A stretch of DNA of 46,897 nucleotides from Octopus bimaculoides (lineage: Eukaryota). This document shows, piece by piece, positions 12,306-24,940 of the stretch. The notes beneath the pieces are model-generated. The model saw only the letters and a program-made list of their open reading frames with translations. It ran no database searches and was not told the DNA's origin. The position numbers and the translations under genes are program-made. Numbering within the stretch: position 1 is the stretch's first letter; the number at the start of each line of letters is the position of its first letter. The stretch spans positions 50,974 to 97,870 of the forward strand of contig NC_068984.1 of the NCBI RefSeq assembly GCF_001194135.2, written 5' to 3'.

Positions 12306-13297
12306 TATACAGCATATACTGGTTTAAATTTGTCCGAGGTACATTTCTGTGGCATAGAAAACTAGCAATTGCATTTGCATCCAACTACTTCTGACAGGTT
12401 AGCATTCCATGCAACTTTATTCAAGCTCCATCCACAGATGTGGTTCAAAGCAAACTAAGTGGATGTAGGCTTGGCTAATGTTATTTTGCTAGGTTACTAT
12501 AGTTTGAACGAAAAAGAATGGGAGGGAGAGATTTGGAAACTTGACATGGCTATAAAAACTACTATATAGTTGACCTCATCCCAACCTCAGGTTTAAATTC
12601 GGAATGAGAATACCAGACCTTTAAATAGGTCAAGCTTTTTTTTTTTTTTTACTATGAATTAGTGATCTTCCAATATGTCCAACTACTGGCTGCTATTAAA
12701 TCAGATATAATTAAATATATGAGGTATGAAGAACCTATTTAGGCATTTAATTCAACATTTTCTTTGTATAAATCAAGTTTTAGATTAGATGCAGTTTTGT
12801 TGTCTTGTAGGTGTGCAAGCATTTTTACAATAAGTAGTTTTACTTAAGAATAATATGGATTACTACTTGAAAGTCAAACCAGATATTACACTGATTTTTT
12901 ACCATGTAAACTCAGGCACCTACTATTAACATGGTGGTTACTAAATTATAGGTCCCTTCCATGGAAGTATTTGAATGCCCTTCTGTGGAGGTGTGAACAT
13001 TTTAGGGCTTGTTGTTGCCTACTGTTAAGCAACTGGTGTTTAGCCCTGATAATATGGAATATTTCCTCTATGCGCAAATCATACCTATTTAATTTTTTTC
13101 CCCCATTCTTTAAGAGATTAGATGAACACACTTAAGCTTATGCTATGCATTTTCTCTCTATCCTGAAATGGAACTAAATAGTTTGCCAATGTCACCTTGA
13201 AATTTGTCAAGTATGCACCAGTCGAGAAGTATAAATCTCCTCCTTACATAACCCCACGCCTGCATACTACATCTTTCCTCGTACATTCAGCATTTCA

Positions 13298-13476
13298 CCC
13301 TTTAGCATTCCGATTACTCTGGCAAATGTAATGCATATTTATTTTCATTGTTTTGAATTAATCATGCATTATCTTGTAGCTTTGAAATTTCAGTGATGCA
13401 ATTTTTTTTTCTCAGAATGCTATTGTAGGACATGTGTGAAAGAATGGATCTGGCTGGTTTGAATACTAAAACATTA
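13298..13476. mobile_element. Degenerate piggyBac-type MITE (CCCTTTAGCATTC terminus)
   Basis: Left CCCTTTAGCATTC versus right GAATACTAAA; right end eroded. Confidence 0.5.
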
Positions 13477-13729
13477 TTGGACAAATTGTACTTTTTTCCA
13501 CAACTATAGAGATTTTTATCTTCATTACTCCTTCCTACGTTAGTGGGACCAAAATTAGATACATTTTCCTTATTTCTCTATTCATGGAGCTACTAGTGTT
13601 TATGTTTCAACTGTTGTCTTGCATGTTACTATGTCTAGCTTTTACTGTACCAGGTTCAGCTACTTTAGGAATTGTAATGGTTGTTACCCTTCCACTGCTT
13701 GCTTACACACACACACACACACACACACT

Positions 13730-14085
13730 CGGGCATATTTGTGTGCTTTAAAAGCTTGGTTCCAAACCTCATGGTTTTGAGTTCAGCCCCACTGTGTAAC
13801 ACCTTAGACAAATGTCTTCTACTATAGCCCCAGAACAACCATTGCCTTTTGAGTGAATTTGGTGAATGGAAAGTGGAAGCCCATCATAAATCTTTGTGTC
13901 TGTGTTGTTCCCCCTCCCTCGCTACTGAAACCTCATGGTGTTTGTTTACATAACCCATAACATAGTTTAACAAAAGAGACTGATAGAATAGGTACCCAAC
14001 TTTAAAAAAATAATACTGCAGTTCATCTGTTAGACTAATAAACTCCTCAAAGTGCTACTTCAGCATCACTGCAGTCCAATGACTA
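13730..14085 (+). mobile_element. SINE family B copy (diverged)
   Basis: Colinear with the 45806-46200 copy along its length. Confidence 0.75.
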
Positions 14086-14429
14086 TATACATGTATGTTT
14101 ATGTTTACATTTGCATTTCTCTGAAAATCTCTGAGCTATCATTTCTCTTGTCAACAAATCAACCTCTAGGTTTGCACTTTTGAAGAAAGTCTTTACTCTA
14201 AAGAAAAAGAACAGATAACTGTCAGCGGGAGGTGGGGCACCTGTTTGTAAAACAGGGCCTCGATAATATGTGTAACCCATTCTAACATGGAAAAACAAAC
14301 AAATATTGTATTAAAATTATGGTTATATTCCAGCATTTGATACAACAACAAAGAAAATTCATTTCATGTTCAAACATTTTTTCATTCTTCAATTTGTCTT
14401 TATTTATTTTTTTTTTTAACTTGTTTCAG

Positions 14430-14651
14430 CAACAAATCAGTGGTTTGTACCAGCTGTTCGAGGAGACATCCCACCTGGCTGTGCAGCTTACGGCTTTGTC
14501 TGTGATGCTACTCGCATACTTGTGTTTGGTGGAATGGTTGAGTATGGTAAATATTCTAATGAATTGTATGAATTGCAAGCAAGTAGGTGGGAATGGAAGC
14601 GTTTAAAACCAAAGCCTCCAAAAAATGGCCAACCACCTTGTCCCAGACTTG
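14430..14651 (+). CDS. HCFC1: HCF-1 exon, Kelch 1-3 ([23 protein letters not shown]...[10 protein letters not shown])
   Basis: tttcag acceptor, g|gtaagt donor, 222 nt, phase 1-1. Proline equivalent to human P134 is retained. Confidence 0.97.
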
Positions 14652-15240
14652 GTAAGTGTCTTTTATTTTATTCACTGCAATTATTTCTTTACATTAAGTA
14701 TTTTTTATACACATATAATGGATTCTTCTTTTGAGGTAATTATCTCCCAGTCTATTAAACAACAGAATGTCCAGACATGTTTATGTGTTAAAACAAACAA
14801 CACCAAGATAATCCTTTTGTTTACAGAGATTGTGCAACTTGTCAAATTTACATGATTGGACCAACAGGACAATTATTTGCAATTAACAAAAGATATGAAG
14901 ACAAGGAAAATATGAACTCACTCATACAAACATACACACACATATTTGATGGACTGGGTCTATAGTAGAAGGCATTTTCCCCAAGGTGCCACACAGTGGG
15001 ACTGAACCCGGAATCACATGGTTGGAAAGTGAACCTCTGTTCAGTTCTAACCAATAATTTACACGAACCAAAATGGTGATCAGGTGACTGAATCAATTTT
15101 AACCACTTAATTTCGTGATTGATCAAATCTACTATTGTTGGGTGTTAAGCCAGGCATCAGGCAATGTTTAAGCAAGAAAATGGCTGGACATTGGTTAATC
15201 AGAGATGTTTTAGTTGCATGTAAATAAGATTTCGTGGAGT

Positions 15241-15700
15241 TCATCATTTAATGTCCATTCTCTTTGCTGGCATGGGTTAGATGGTTTGATCAGGGCTGCA
15301 CCAGACTCCAGTCTGATTTGGCATAGTTTCTCTGGCTGGATGTCCTTCCTAACACCCATTACACTCTGAGAGTGTAATGGGTGTTTTTATGTTCCACCAT
15401 CACAATTGCCTCTTGCAAGACACCAGTATTTGCCACGATTACGATTTTACTTGGCTTGATGGGTCTTTGTCTCAAACATGGCATATTGCTAAAGGTCTTG
15501 GTCATTTGGCATTGGCCACATTGCCTCCGTGAGAAACAATGCTCAAAAAGTGCTTTTTGCATACCACCGGTGCTGGTGCCTGTTGTGCAACACCATTACC
15601 AACCACATTGCTTCCATGAGGCCCAACACTCGACACACGAGGTGCTTTTTTACATGCCATTGGTACGAGTGCCAGATACATGTCACTGGCATCAGTGAGG
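15241..15700 (-). mobile_element. RTE LINE 3' UTR fragment
   Basis: Same terminal motif as the other copies (GGATGTCCTTCCTAAC, TGCTTTTT..TGCCA units). Confidence 0.75.
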
Positions 15701-15864
15701 CCCAACACTTGAAAGGTGCTTTTTGAATTAATATCAGGTACAGCACTATTACTTTATATAAATAGAGAGAGACAGTATATGTGTCTCTACTTGGTATGAG
15801 AAAATTTGAAAACAGAATGTAGTACTTGGGGATGTCAGTACTAAAATCTAATTAACAGTTTGAT

Positions 15865-16040
15865 GGGCATGGCTGCGTGGTAAGAAATTTGCTTCCCAAC
15901 TGCATGGTTCAAGGTTCAGTCTCACTGCATGGCAAGTGTTTTCTACTTGTGAGTGGATTTACTGAATAGAAACTGCAGGAGTCCATTGTATATGTGTGTG
16001 TGTGTGTTTGCATCTGTCCCTCCACTGCTTGACAATCCAT
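15865..16040 (+). mobile_element. SINE family B, partial
   Basis: GGCATGGCTGCGTGGTAAGAA...GGTTCAGTCTCACTG head. Confidence 0.7.
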
Positions 16041-16044
16041 GTTC

Positions 16045-17340
16045 GTCATCATCGTTTAACTTCCATTTTCCATGCTGGCATGGGTTGGACGGTTTGACTG
16101 AGGACTGGCGAGTCAAATGGCTGCACCAGGCTCCAATCTGATCTGGCAATGTTTCTACAGCTGGATGCCTTTCCTAATGTCGACCACTCCAATAGTTTAG
16201 TGGGTACTTTTTACATGTCACTGGCACAGGAGCCAGTCAGGGAGGACTGGCATCTAATATGTTCAGATGGTGTTTTTATGTGCCACTGGCATGGGAGTCA
16301 GTCAGGCAGACCTGGCATTGACCCTGTTCCGATGGTGCTTTTTATGTGCCACCGGCATGGCAGCCAGTCAGGTGGCACTGGTGTCGACCATATTTGGATG
16401 GTGCATTTTATGTGCCACAGGCACAAGAGCCCGTCAGGGACCACTGGCATTGACCACATTCGGATGGTGCATTTTACATGCCACTAGCATGGGAGCCAGT
16501 CGGGGCACTGGCCACAGCTACGATTTTGGTTTTACTTGACTCAACAGGTTTTCTCAAGCATATCAGATTGCCTGACGCATCAAGGGTACTTCTAAATGGG
16601 CCGGACATGCAACACAGTTGTCCTCATCCATACGTAATACATGACCATACCAACACAGTCATCTCTCTTGCATACCTCATTTGATGCTTCTTATGTCCAA
16701 CCTTTCTCTCAGGGCGCTCACACTCTGTCATGTGTAATGTCATGTATGCACACTGACATTACACATCCAGCGGAGCATACTAGCTTCATTTCTTTCAAGC
16801 CTATGCATGTCCTTAGCAGTCATGGTCCATGTTTCACTGCTGTGTAGCATGGCAGTTCACACACATGCATCATATAGTCTACCTTTCATCCTGAACGATA
16901 GGCCCTTAGTTACCAGCTGAGGTAGGAGCTCCTAAACATTGCCCAGGCTATTCTTATTCTAGGTAGTGGAAGCTATCAACTACTTCTAGTTTTTCTCCCT
17001 GGCATGTGATGGACTCTGTTTTCTGTACATCTTCAGTGTTAATTGCCCCTGTGCATCTGTCACACAAAAACTATTTTCCCAGTTAACCTTCCTTTGACAT
17101 TCCTGTACCTTTTATGTGTCCATAGCTTACTCCAGGTACATTGTATGGAGTTTCTACCCATGCCTTTTCTACAGAGCGAGCAGGGCCATCTACCTGAAGG
17201 GTTTTGTGATTTGTCAGCCTTCCTACTTACTAAGACTTTCGATTTTGCTAGGTTAACCCTAAGGCCCTTCGATTCTAGACCTTGCTTCCACACCCTAAAT
17301 TTCGTTTCTGGTTCTGGTAGTCACTTGCTATTAGAGCAAG
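16045..17340 (-). mobile_element. 5'-truncated, internally deleted RTE LINE
   Basis: WKQGLESKGLRVNLAKSKV...PCSLCRKG...WTHKR. 3' UTR has five tandem units and a (GAT)n tail. Confidence 0.88.
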
Positions 17341-18366
17341 GTTATCATGACACATTGCTTTTTCGCATGAACGTACAATGGCTATCAAGGGGGAACATGC
17401 TTGGATGGCTTTATGAACTATGAGAAGAAGTAGTAGTATTTCTAGATTTGCAGCAGGAGACAGATTTCCATGACAACTTCCAATCTGAGATGGCTTTTAG
17501 CTATCTTTTGCTTACCTGGTGGACATCTTTGAAGTGTTAAATGCTCTTGACCTTAAACTAAAAGGGGGAAAATATCAACATTTCTCATGCTCCTTAACAC
17601 TATTCAAACCTTCATGGCCAAACTTGACCTCTGGAAATGTCGAATTCAGCAGGGAAATACAGCCCCAGTTTTGGTTACTTGGATTCTGCTCTCATTCACG
17701 GTAACCTTGATTCTGAGTTAAAGAAACAAATAATCACTCATCAAACTGACTTCAAAACAGAATTCCTCAAATACTTCCCAGATATAGATGAAAAGTGTGA
17801 AACTTGGAAATTCATCAGGAACCCTTTTCAATGTGAAGTGACTGATGTTTTGGATGAAGTGCAAGGGGAGATTTTCGAGCTGAAGTTCAACTCCCCAGCT
17901 GAGGAAAACTTCAAAGAACTGGATCTTGAAACGTTCTGGATCAACTACCTTCCTGTTTATCCTCTGATCTCATATCAGGCTCTTTGGATTTTAGCTATGT
18001 TTGGATCCGCGTATCTTTGTGAAGCTGTATTTTCCATGCTCGTTGCTATCATGACCAAGTACAGGCACAGGCTGAACGTTGAAAGGGACTTACGTTGTGC
18101 CCTCTCTGCCATTCAACCATGCATTCAAGATCTTGTAGCTAAGAAGCAGTGTCAAGTATCTCACCTTTTTGCATAATGTGATTATATATAAAATTATGCG
18201 TATTTTGTATAATGCGACTAATTCATATTCAATAAGAAGACTAAAACCATATTTTAAATTTTATTTAAAATCTGGGAGGGAATTTTATTCATAGATGTAA
18301 GAAGGGTGTGGAGAGAAGGACAAATTCCTAGGGGTGGTGTGATAGTAAAAAGGTTAAGAAGCACTG
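17340..18366 (+). mobile_element. hAT/Charlie (Buster-like) transposase C-terminal half with right TIR
   Basis: WLSRG, LAYL.DIF..LN, F.S.YLCE..FS...KYR.RL.V..DLR.ALS dimerisation domain. TIR AAGGTTAAGAAGCACTG at 18350-18366 is followed by AACTAAAC (central TA, Charlie-type target). Confidence 0.88.
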
Positions 18367-18532
18367 AACTAAACACTTTGAGGTGGTGACCCAAAACATA
18401 AAGAAAAAAAATTTGTATAATCATAAGATCTATTTAATGATGAAATTATAATTTTTAAAAAAAATGTTATGTTTCTAAATCATCATCAAATGTCCATTTT
18501 CCATTCTGACAAGGAATTATTTTATTTTGTAG

Positions 18533-18620
18533 GGCACAGCTTTACTCTGTTGGGAAGTAAAGCATATTTGTTTGGAGGTCTGGCTAATGACAGTGAGGAC
18601 CCCAAAAATAATATTCCTAG
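18533..18620 (+). CDS. HCFC1: HCF-1 exon ([30 protein letters not shown])
   Basis: ttgtag acceptor, ag|gttagt donor, 88 nt, phase 1-2. Confidence 0.96.
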
Positions 18621-19431
18621 GTTAGTATCTTCACGCATTTCTTAAATTCCTACAGGAACTCAATATATTTCACATTTGTTATATTAAGCTATTAACGCAT
18701 GTTCACAACTTCACTTTATCCGTCACCTCTTTCACTCTTGCTATTTGTTTTGTTGGAACCAGAGAAGGATTGCTGGAAAATTCCCTCTAAAGCAAATCAT
18801 TATATACTCTCTTTATGTAAGATTAATTAGAAACTTATTTAAAAGAAAAATGAAGCAATGATATTGAACTAATTACAGATTCCCCTTGACACTGTCATAG
18901 TTCATTCCTTTCTGTCAAGATGAGGAAATAACTCATGCAAGAAAGTCGCTGATCCTGAGATAACTTGTGATTGAATTTTCTGTTACAAAACTGTATTTTA
19001 TTAGTGCATATAGTTCGGTTGCCATAGTTATTCATATTAACCAAGCAAAGAATGGTTTACAATTGTTTTTGTAACTTTTCGTATGCATTTTCAGTTATAA
19101 AAGCTTTGAGGAATTTTTGCATATCTGCCTACCACCCGCAACTTTTTCTTAATTCTTGTACTACAAGCAGATGCCGAGTAAAGTTGAAGGTTTTCTTTCC
19201 CATTATATTTGAAAATACTAATAGCAACAGAAATTGAGACAATGAATTGAAAGGTGAAAAATTTCTGAATAAAATCTAGTAACTGATGTGATACCATAAA
19301 GGTAACCAAGATTTCTAGAACCACAGAGAAAAACTAGACAGAACAGAAATAGATTTTAATATGCATTAATGATTAAAGCAGTGTTGGACTAATTGAATTC
19401 CCTAGTTACTGGATGTTTTTTTATTTTTCAG

Positions 19432-19640
19432 ATATCTCAATGACTTGTACTCACTAGAGTTGAAACAAAATTCTAACACAATTGCTTGGGACATTCCTCA
19501 AGCTGGAGGCCAGCCACCACCTCCTCGAGAATCACATTCTTGTGCAGCTTATTCAGAGAAAGATGGTCGTCGACCAAGGTTAATAATATATGGTGGTATG
19601 AGTGGTTGTCGCTTGGGAGACCTCTGGCAGCTTGATTGTG
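19432..19640 (+). CDS. HCFC1: HCF-1 exon ([10 protein letters not shown]...PPPRESHSC...[17 protein letters not shown])
   Basis: tttcag acceptor, g|gtaaga donor, 209 nt, phase 2-1. Confidence 0.96.
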
Positions 19641-19728
19641 GTAAGATTTCTTCAGCAATTTGCTTTTAACAACATTCATCCATCTGTTTATAAATTTTCA
19701 AATCAAAATGACAATATTTTGTTTTCAG

Positions 19729-19920
19729 AAACAATGACTTGGACCAAACCAGTTGTTCAAGGAATATCTCCATTACCTCGCAGTCTGCACTCGGCAACTG
19801 TAATTGGAAACCGTATGTTTGTATTTGGAGGTTGGGTACCACTGGTTATGGATGATATTAAAGTTGCTACACATGAAAAAGAGTGGAAATGTACAAACAC
19901 TCTAGCTTCACTAAATTTAG
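19729..19920 (+). CDS. HCFC1: HCF-1 exon (TMTWTKP...[10 protein letters not shown]...[11 protein letters not shown]...[16 protein letters not shown])
   Basis: tttcag acceptor after an 88-nt intron, g|gtaagt donor, 192 nt, phase 1-1. Confidence 0.97.
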
Positions 19921-21199
19921 GTAAGTTTGTTTCGCAGTCTGTCTCTGTAGTTAAAGTTAGTTAACATATTTACTTGATTTTTTAACTGGGGTAAAGCAAA
20001 AACTATGAAGGAAAAAAAATTTATTACCAAGATTTAGGACTAAATTAGGTGGGTGACTAATTTACATGAGTAAATACTGTATGTATTGGAGTATTGGAGG
20101 TTTGGTTCATCATTGTAAGAAATCAAGTTATTCTATGATTAGCAAGTGTTTAATTCAAATTCCTTCTTTGGTCAATGCTTGGTGTAGAATTCACCTCTTA
20201 TTCAATGACAAAAATGTCTCCTACAAACTGCTAGACTCCTTAGCATGCTGTAACATCTTGTAATGGTGGTGGTGGTGGGGAAAATAAAGTATAATAAAAA
20301 TAATTATTGATTTGGATGGAGGGGTAAGTTGGTTGATTTACTCCAGTACTTGACTGGGATTCTATTTTATTAACTCTGAAAGAATAAAACGAAAAGTTAA
20401 TCGCAGCGGGATTTGGACTGAGAGTGTAAATAACTGAAAGAAATACCACTAGGTATTTGTTCTAATGATCTTACCCATCCACTGCCTTAAAGTCTTCTTT
20501 TCACTGGTCAAACATTGAGAACTAAAACTTTTTTGAGGAAGTCTCTACTTGCTAGTAATAGCAACCAGATGTCCTTCAAATCACACTCTACTGCCAAATA
20601 AGGAAAGTACATGAACAATGTAATTCCTGTGTTCAAATCCCACCAAGGTCAGCTTTGCCTTTCATCCCTCATGGGTTGATAGTAATAAAGTAGCACTTGG
20701 TTTCAAAATTTCTGGCTTTATGCATAAATCAGAAACAATTATCATTATTATTATTCTTTTTAACCTGGGTTTTGTTGGAACCCCTGGAGTTTTGCCTGCT
20801 GCCTGTGGTACCATGCTATCTTGGGGGGGGGGGGAGGTTTCAGCTCCTTTCCTGATTATTCTAACCATGTCAAAGAGTCAGACCTTTAGTAACAGCTCTA
20901 CTGGGCACTCTATGCCAATTTCCCTTATATTCCTTTTGATGCCTTCTTATACTCCCCCCCCCCCCAAGGACTGAACAATAATTGGCTTTATCTTCACCTT
21001 CGTTTTCCATAGCCAAACTGTTCCATACCTAAAAAGATCTTATATGTCTATTTTCTTGCTTTCCTCCCTTTACTGCTCCTGCACAACATCAGTTACACAG
21101 CACATGTGGTTCACTTTGTCCACCGCCACTAGGCCCAGCTTGTTAGGCTCTGGTACCTGATCTGTTTGGATCGGGAAATCTCACAGGATTTTGTAGGTT

Positions 21200-21522
21200 T
21201 CCAACTCCAGCACTCCGTTGATTATGACAAGAGGATTCCAGTTGATCCAATCAACAGAACAGCCTGCTCATGAAATGAATGTGCAAATGGCTGAGGACTC
21301 CACAGACATACATACCCTTTAAGTTAGCCCTCAGGGAGATCCAGGGTGACACAATGTGACAAAGCTGGCTCTCTGAAATATAGGTACCACTCATTTTTGC
21401 CAGCTTAGTAAACTGGAGCAACGAGAAATAAAGTGTCTTGCTCAAGAACACAGTGTGCAGCTGGGAATCGAACTCACGACCTTACGATCGTTAGCCAAAT
21501 GCCCTAACCACTAAGCCACGCC
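21200..21522 (-). mobile_element. tRNA-derived SINE (family C), near full length
   Basis: GGCGTGGCTTAGTGG A box, GAGTTCGATTCC B box, TGTGTTCTTGAGCAAGACACTT body. Confidence 0.75.
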
Positions 21523-21574
21523 TTTTTTTTTCTTATATAATTGGTTTTCTGACTTTTTTTGTTCTCTTTGAAAG

Positions 21575-21720
21575 ATACAATGACTTGGGAACCCCTTGCC
21601 ATGGAAGTCTTTGAAGATGCTTTACCTCGAGCTCGAGCAGGTCATTGTGCTGTTGCTGTGCACTCACGACTTTACATCTGGAGTGGTCGAGATGGTTACC
21701 GAAAGGCTTGGAATAATCAG
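21575..21720 (+). CDS. HCFC1: HCF-1 exon ([10 protein letters not shown]...[32 protein letters not shown])
   Basis: aaag acceptor after a T-rich tract, cag|gtgagt donor, 146 nt, phase 1-0. Confidence 0.96.
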
Positions 21721-22145
21721 GTGAGTTCTACTCAATCACATTGTTTCATTTTATATATAAAGCAATCCATCATTTATATATATAAATGACGGATTTCTTT
21801 CAGTTTCCATCTTTCACATCCATTCACAATACTGGGCTCAGGTTGGCCTGGAGCAAAGTATGACACTTGCCCATGGTGCCATGTGATTGGGAAGCAGACT
21901 TCTTCACCTGCACTTTCAGGTGTGTAAAAATATGAGTTCTTAATTTTAACAAGTTTTAAAATTTGGATTCTGCTTTTACAATTGAGAAGTCCTTGTTTAA
22001 AACTGTATTTTTGGAAATATACCCCACCATATATATTATTTCAATGAGAAATACAAAGTGTTATAAATATTGGTGATGTTATGTAAATAAAAAGATTTCT
22101 TTACATCAAATATTTCTGCTAAAATGCTTTTGTTGTTTGTTAAAG

Positions 22146-22413
22146 GTATGCTTCAAGGACCTTTGGTTCCTAGAAACGGAAAAGCCTCCTGCGCCATCTC
22201 GTGTGCAGCTGGTTCGTGCCAGTACAAATACACTCGAAGTTTGTTGGGGTGCTGTACCAACTGCCGATGCCTATCTTCTCCAGTTACAGAAATATGACTT
22301 ACCTCCTGCCCAGACAATTACTCCAGCTGCAGTTCCTCTCAGTAACACTTTGTCAAAGACCTCAACTGCTACCACTCAATCCCAGCCGACCATTATCCGT
22401 GCACCTTCAACTG
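22146..22413 (+). CDS. HCFC1: HCF-1 exon, end of Kelch plus first Fn3 half/SAS1N ([34 protein letters not shown]...LQLQKYD...)
   Basis: taaag acceptor. The g|gtgggt donor is the one giving the phase 1 needed by the next exon. 268 nt. Confidence 0.93.
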
Positions 22414-22843
22414 GTGGGTAACTTTTGTTTTAACGTCCACTTTTGCATGCTTGCATGGGTCAGAACGCAGATTTTCTGCAGCTGGATGCCCTTCCATTGC
22501 CAATCCTCACTCGTTTCCAAGCTTGGTAATATTTCCCAAAAACTAGACATGTTTCTNNNNNNNNNNNNNNNNNNNNNNNNNNNNNNNNNNNNNNNNNNNN
22601 NNNTCTAACAGAATATTGAAAATAAATGACTGCAGCTATGAAACACACACACACACAGTCATGCAACATGCTCACACACACACACACACACACACGCACG
22701 CACACACACACACACACGCATGCATGCATGCATGATGGGCTTCTTTCAGTTTCTGATTACCAGATCCACCCTCAAGACTTAAGTCAACTTGGGGCTTTAG
22801 TAGAAACCATGTGGTTGCCACATCTCTGCCTATTTTAGAGCTC

Positions 22844-22904
22844 TATATTTCCTTCCTAGACATTTCCTTCCTATATTTCCTTCCTATATTTCCTTCCTAG
22901 ACAT
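22844..22904. repeat. Four tandem copies of ATTTCCTTCCT (13-15 bp period)
   Basis: Copies start at 22847, 22862, 22875 and 22888. Confidence 0.9.
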
Positions 22905-23690
22905 GCTGCAGTATCTTCATTAAATCTGTTGAAAAACTTTGTCATGTTAGAAATTATTCTCTTGTAAAGCTCTGTTGTTATCAAAGTAGACTTACAATAT
23001 CAATTTATAATGATTAAATAATTAGTCTAACTTACTTCTTCATCCCCCCTTTTATTCGTATTTGTTCTCTCTATGCAAATTCTCTTTCCTGAACTGCCAA
23101 TTCAGAAGTGGTAATTAGAAAAGAGATAAATCTGTTCTGGATAAGATACTAATCTTGTTACAGGCAACTTCTTCCAAAACCTGGTATTTATCACCACAGT
23201 TAGCTTGACCTGAAGCAAAAACAAATCCTCTGTTCTATTCATAGACCATGAAGCGTCTAAAAACACCTAAGCTCATACATTTGTATATCTTTTTATAGTC
23301 TTGATTTTAATTGCTCTTTTAAATCTTGCTGAGTGTTTAGATCAAAATAAGATTAAAACTTCCTGGATTATCTTCCATATTTGCCAAATAATATATTTTA
23401 TAAACAAAAACAAATTGTTTGTTATAAACAATCTTCCATGTTTTGTTCTATTTTTTATATCTCCTCTGTGTAACTCTCAAACTTAGGATCATGGATCCCG
23501 ACAAAAAATACAAGTACAATATTTGAATGGAAATACAATTGGTGTTTTAAATACTTGTCACAAAGTAAAGTTTAAATTGCACTGGACACAAATATAGATA
23601 AAACAATAGTCATCACATAATTATTTCTAGTTATTTTTATAATGCTCTTTGTGTTTCATGAACATACTTATCATTAATATGTAGGTTTCT

Positions 23691-23864
23691 TTAACCCTTT
23701 TGGTACCGTGTTTGTTTTGAAATACGGTCATCATTAGGTTAATGTTTGGAATATAAAGTAGCATGAAATTTTGATGGAAGTTTTTAATTTAGATTATTTT
23801 GAAATAGGTAATTTGTATCATTGAACCAGGGATGACCTCAGGTGAGTTGGTAACAAGAGTTGAA
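23691..23864. mobile_element. TTAA-type (piggyBac-like) MITE, diverged
   Basis: TTAA-CCCTTTTGGTACC left end, GGTAACAAGAGTTGAA eroded right end. Homologous to 37546-37757 and 39554-39774. Confidence 0.65.
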
Positions 23865-23974
23865 TGAAAAAGATTTTTCATAGAAAGACAAAGGGGTTTT
23901 ATTGAAATTGTATTAAATTTCAGAATAAAGCATTTAGCACTTTTTAAAAATCATTTCGTAACTTTTCTTTCTAG

Positions 23975-24090
23975 TAAATGCTGCAATCAGACAAAAAACT
24001 CCTGTAAGTATCAATGCAGGTTCGAGTGCAATTCGTGTTGTGTCTGCCTCATCTCCTCAGATACTGACTCTCGGCCAAAAGGGAATTACT
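23975..24090 (+). CDS. HCFC1: HCF-1 exon, low-complexity linker (NAAIRQKTPVSINAG...LGQKGIT)
   Basis: ttctag acceptor, act|gtaagt donor, 116 nt, phase 1-0 bridges both neighbours. Composition fits; sequence homology is weak. Confidence 0.8.
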
Positions 24091-24940
24091 GTAAGTAACA
24101 GTTGGACAGTTTCTTTGCACAGTTGTTGTCTAATTCTTTGAAACCAAAAAGGCTTCTGTTGAGCAAACAAAATCTAATTACTCCCTCACTTGTAGCTTGG
24201 TACTCTCCCATAACTTATTTTTGCTAGGAGCATAAGGATGTTTTTCTTTGTTAGCTAACTTTATTTCGGGGTTATTATAGCAGGACATATGAGGCTTAGT
24301 TCACTATGTATTTTTTATACACATATTTAAATTATGATGATGATGATGATGATGATACCTTGTATTTATCTCTTTGTGATGTTTGTTGTAACATTAATAG
24401 AAGTTGAAAAGTGATAAGTAGGTGTGGTGTGTTGTGTTTGTCTTGGTATAATACACCACAAGTGTCTTTTTACTTGTTGGAGTATTCACTCGCAAGGCTT
24501 TGCTTGACCTCAGGCTACTGAACCTGAAACACATGGTTGGGATGCAAACTTCTTAATCATTTTATGTCCACCTTCCATGCTTAATAAAAACAAGAAATTA
24601 TCATGTTTCTTATAACCATTTTCATAACTCAATGAGTTCTATAACTGTCCTGTTGTTTGAGATAGTAAAACACAAGGAACAGTTTTGTCCTTTGGCATTT
24701 CATTCCTTTGTGTTCAGTTCCTCACAGATGACATCAACTTCCATTTTTCCATGTAAGATATAAACACTGTTCAACTCTTTATTCCTTTTGGGGTATCCAT
24801 CATCATTGTCATCAGTGATAGTTGATTACACTCTCTTCTTTTCTCCAAAAACTGAAACCATCATTTTGTCTTTTATTGGTGAAGTTGTAATTTTGTAAAA
24901 TGTCCATTATGAAGGTTTCCACTCGATTGTTCCTTTTTAG

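Noticed and set aside
12946-13280. Possible GIY-YIG remnant (YDLRIEEIFHII) on the - strand
   Set aside because: Only a vague end motif, and no GIY or YIG motif could be recovered.
1-14429. First HCF-1 coding exon (WKRV...PRPRHGHRAV...GGGNEGIVDELHV)
   Set aside because: Not found by eye in this interval. It is probably upstream, making this intron longer than 14 kb.
16201-16510. CRISPR-like array
   Set aside because: Eukaryotic context, contiguous diverged units with no unique spacers, inside a LINE 3' UTR, no cas genes.
18920-18970. Possible intronic C/D snoRNA (ATGAGGA...CTGA)
   Set aside because: Box C is non-canonical and there is no terminal stem.
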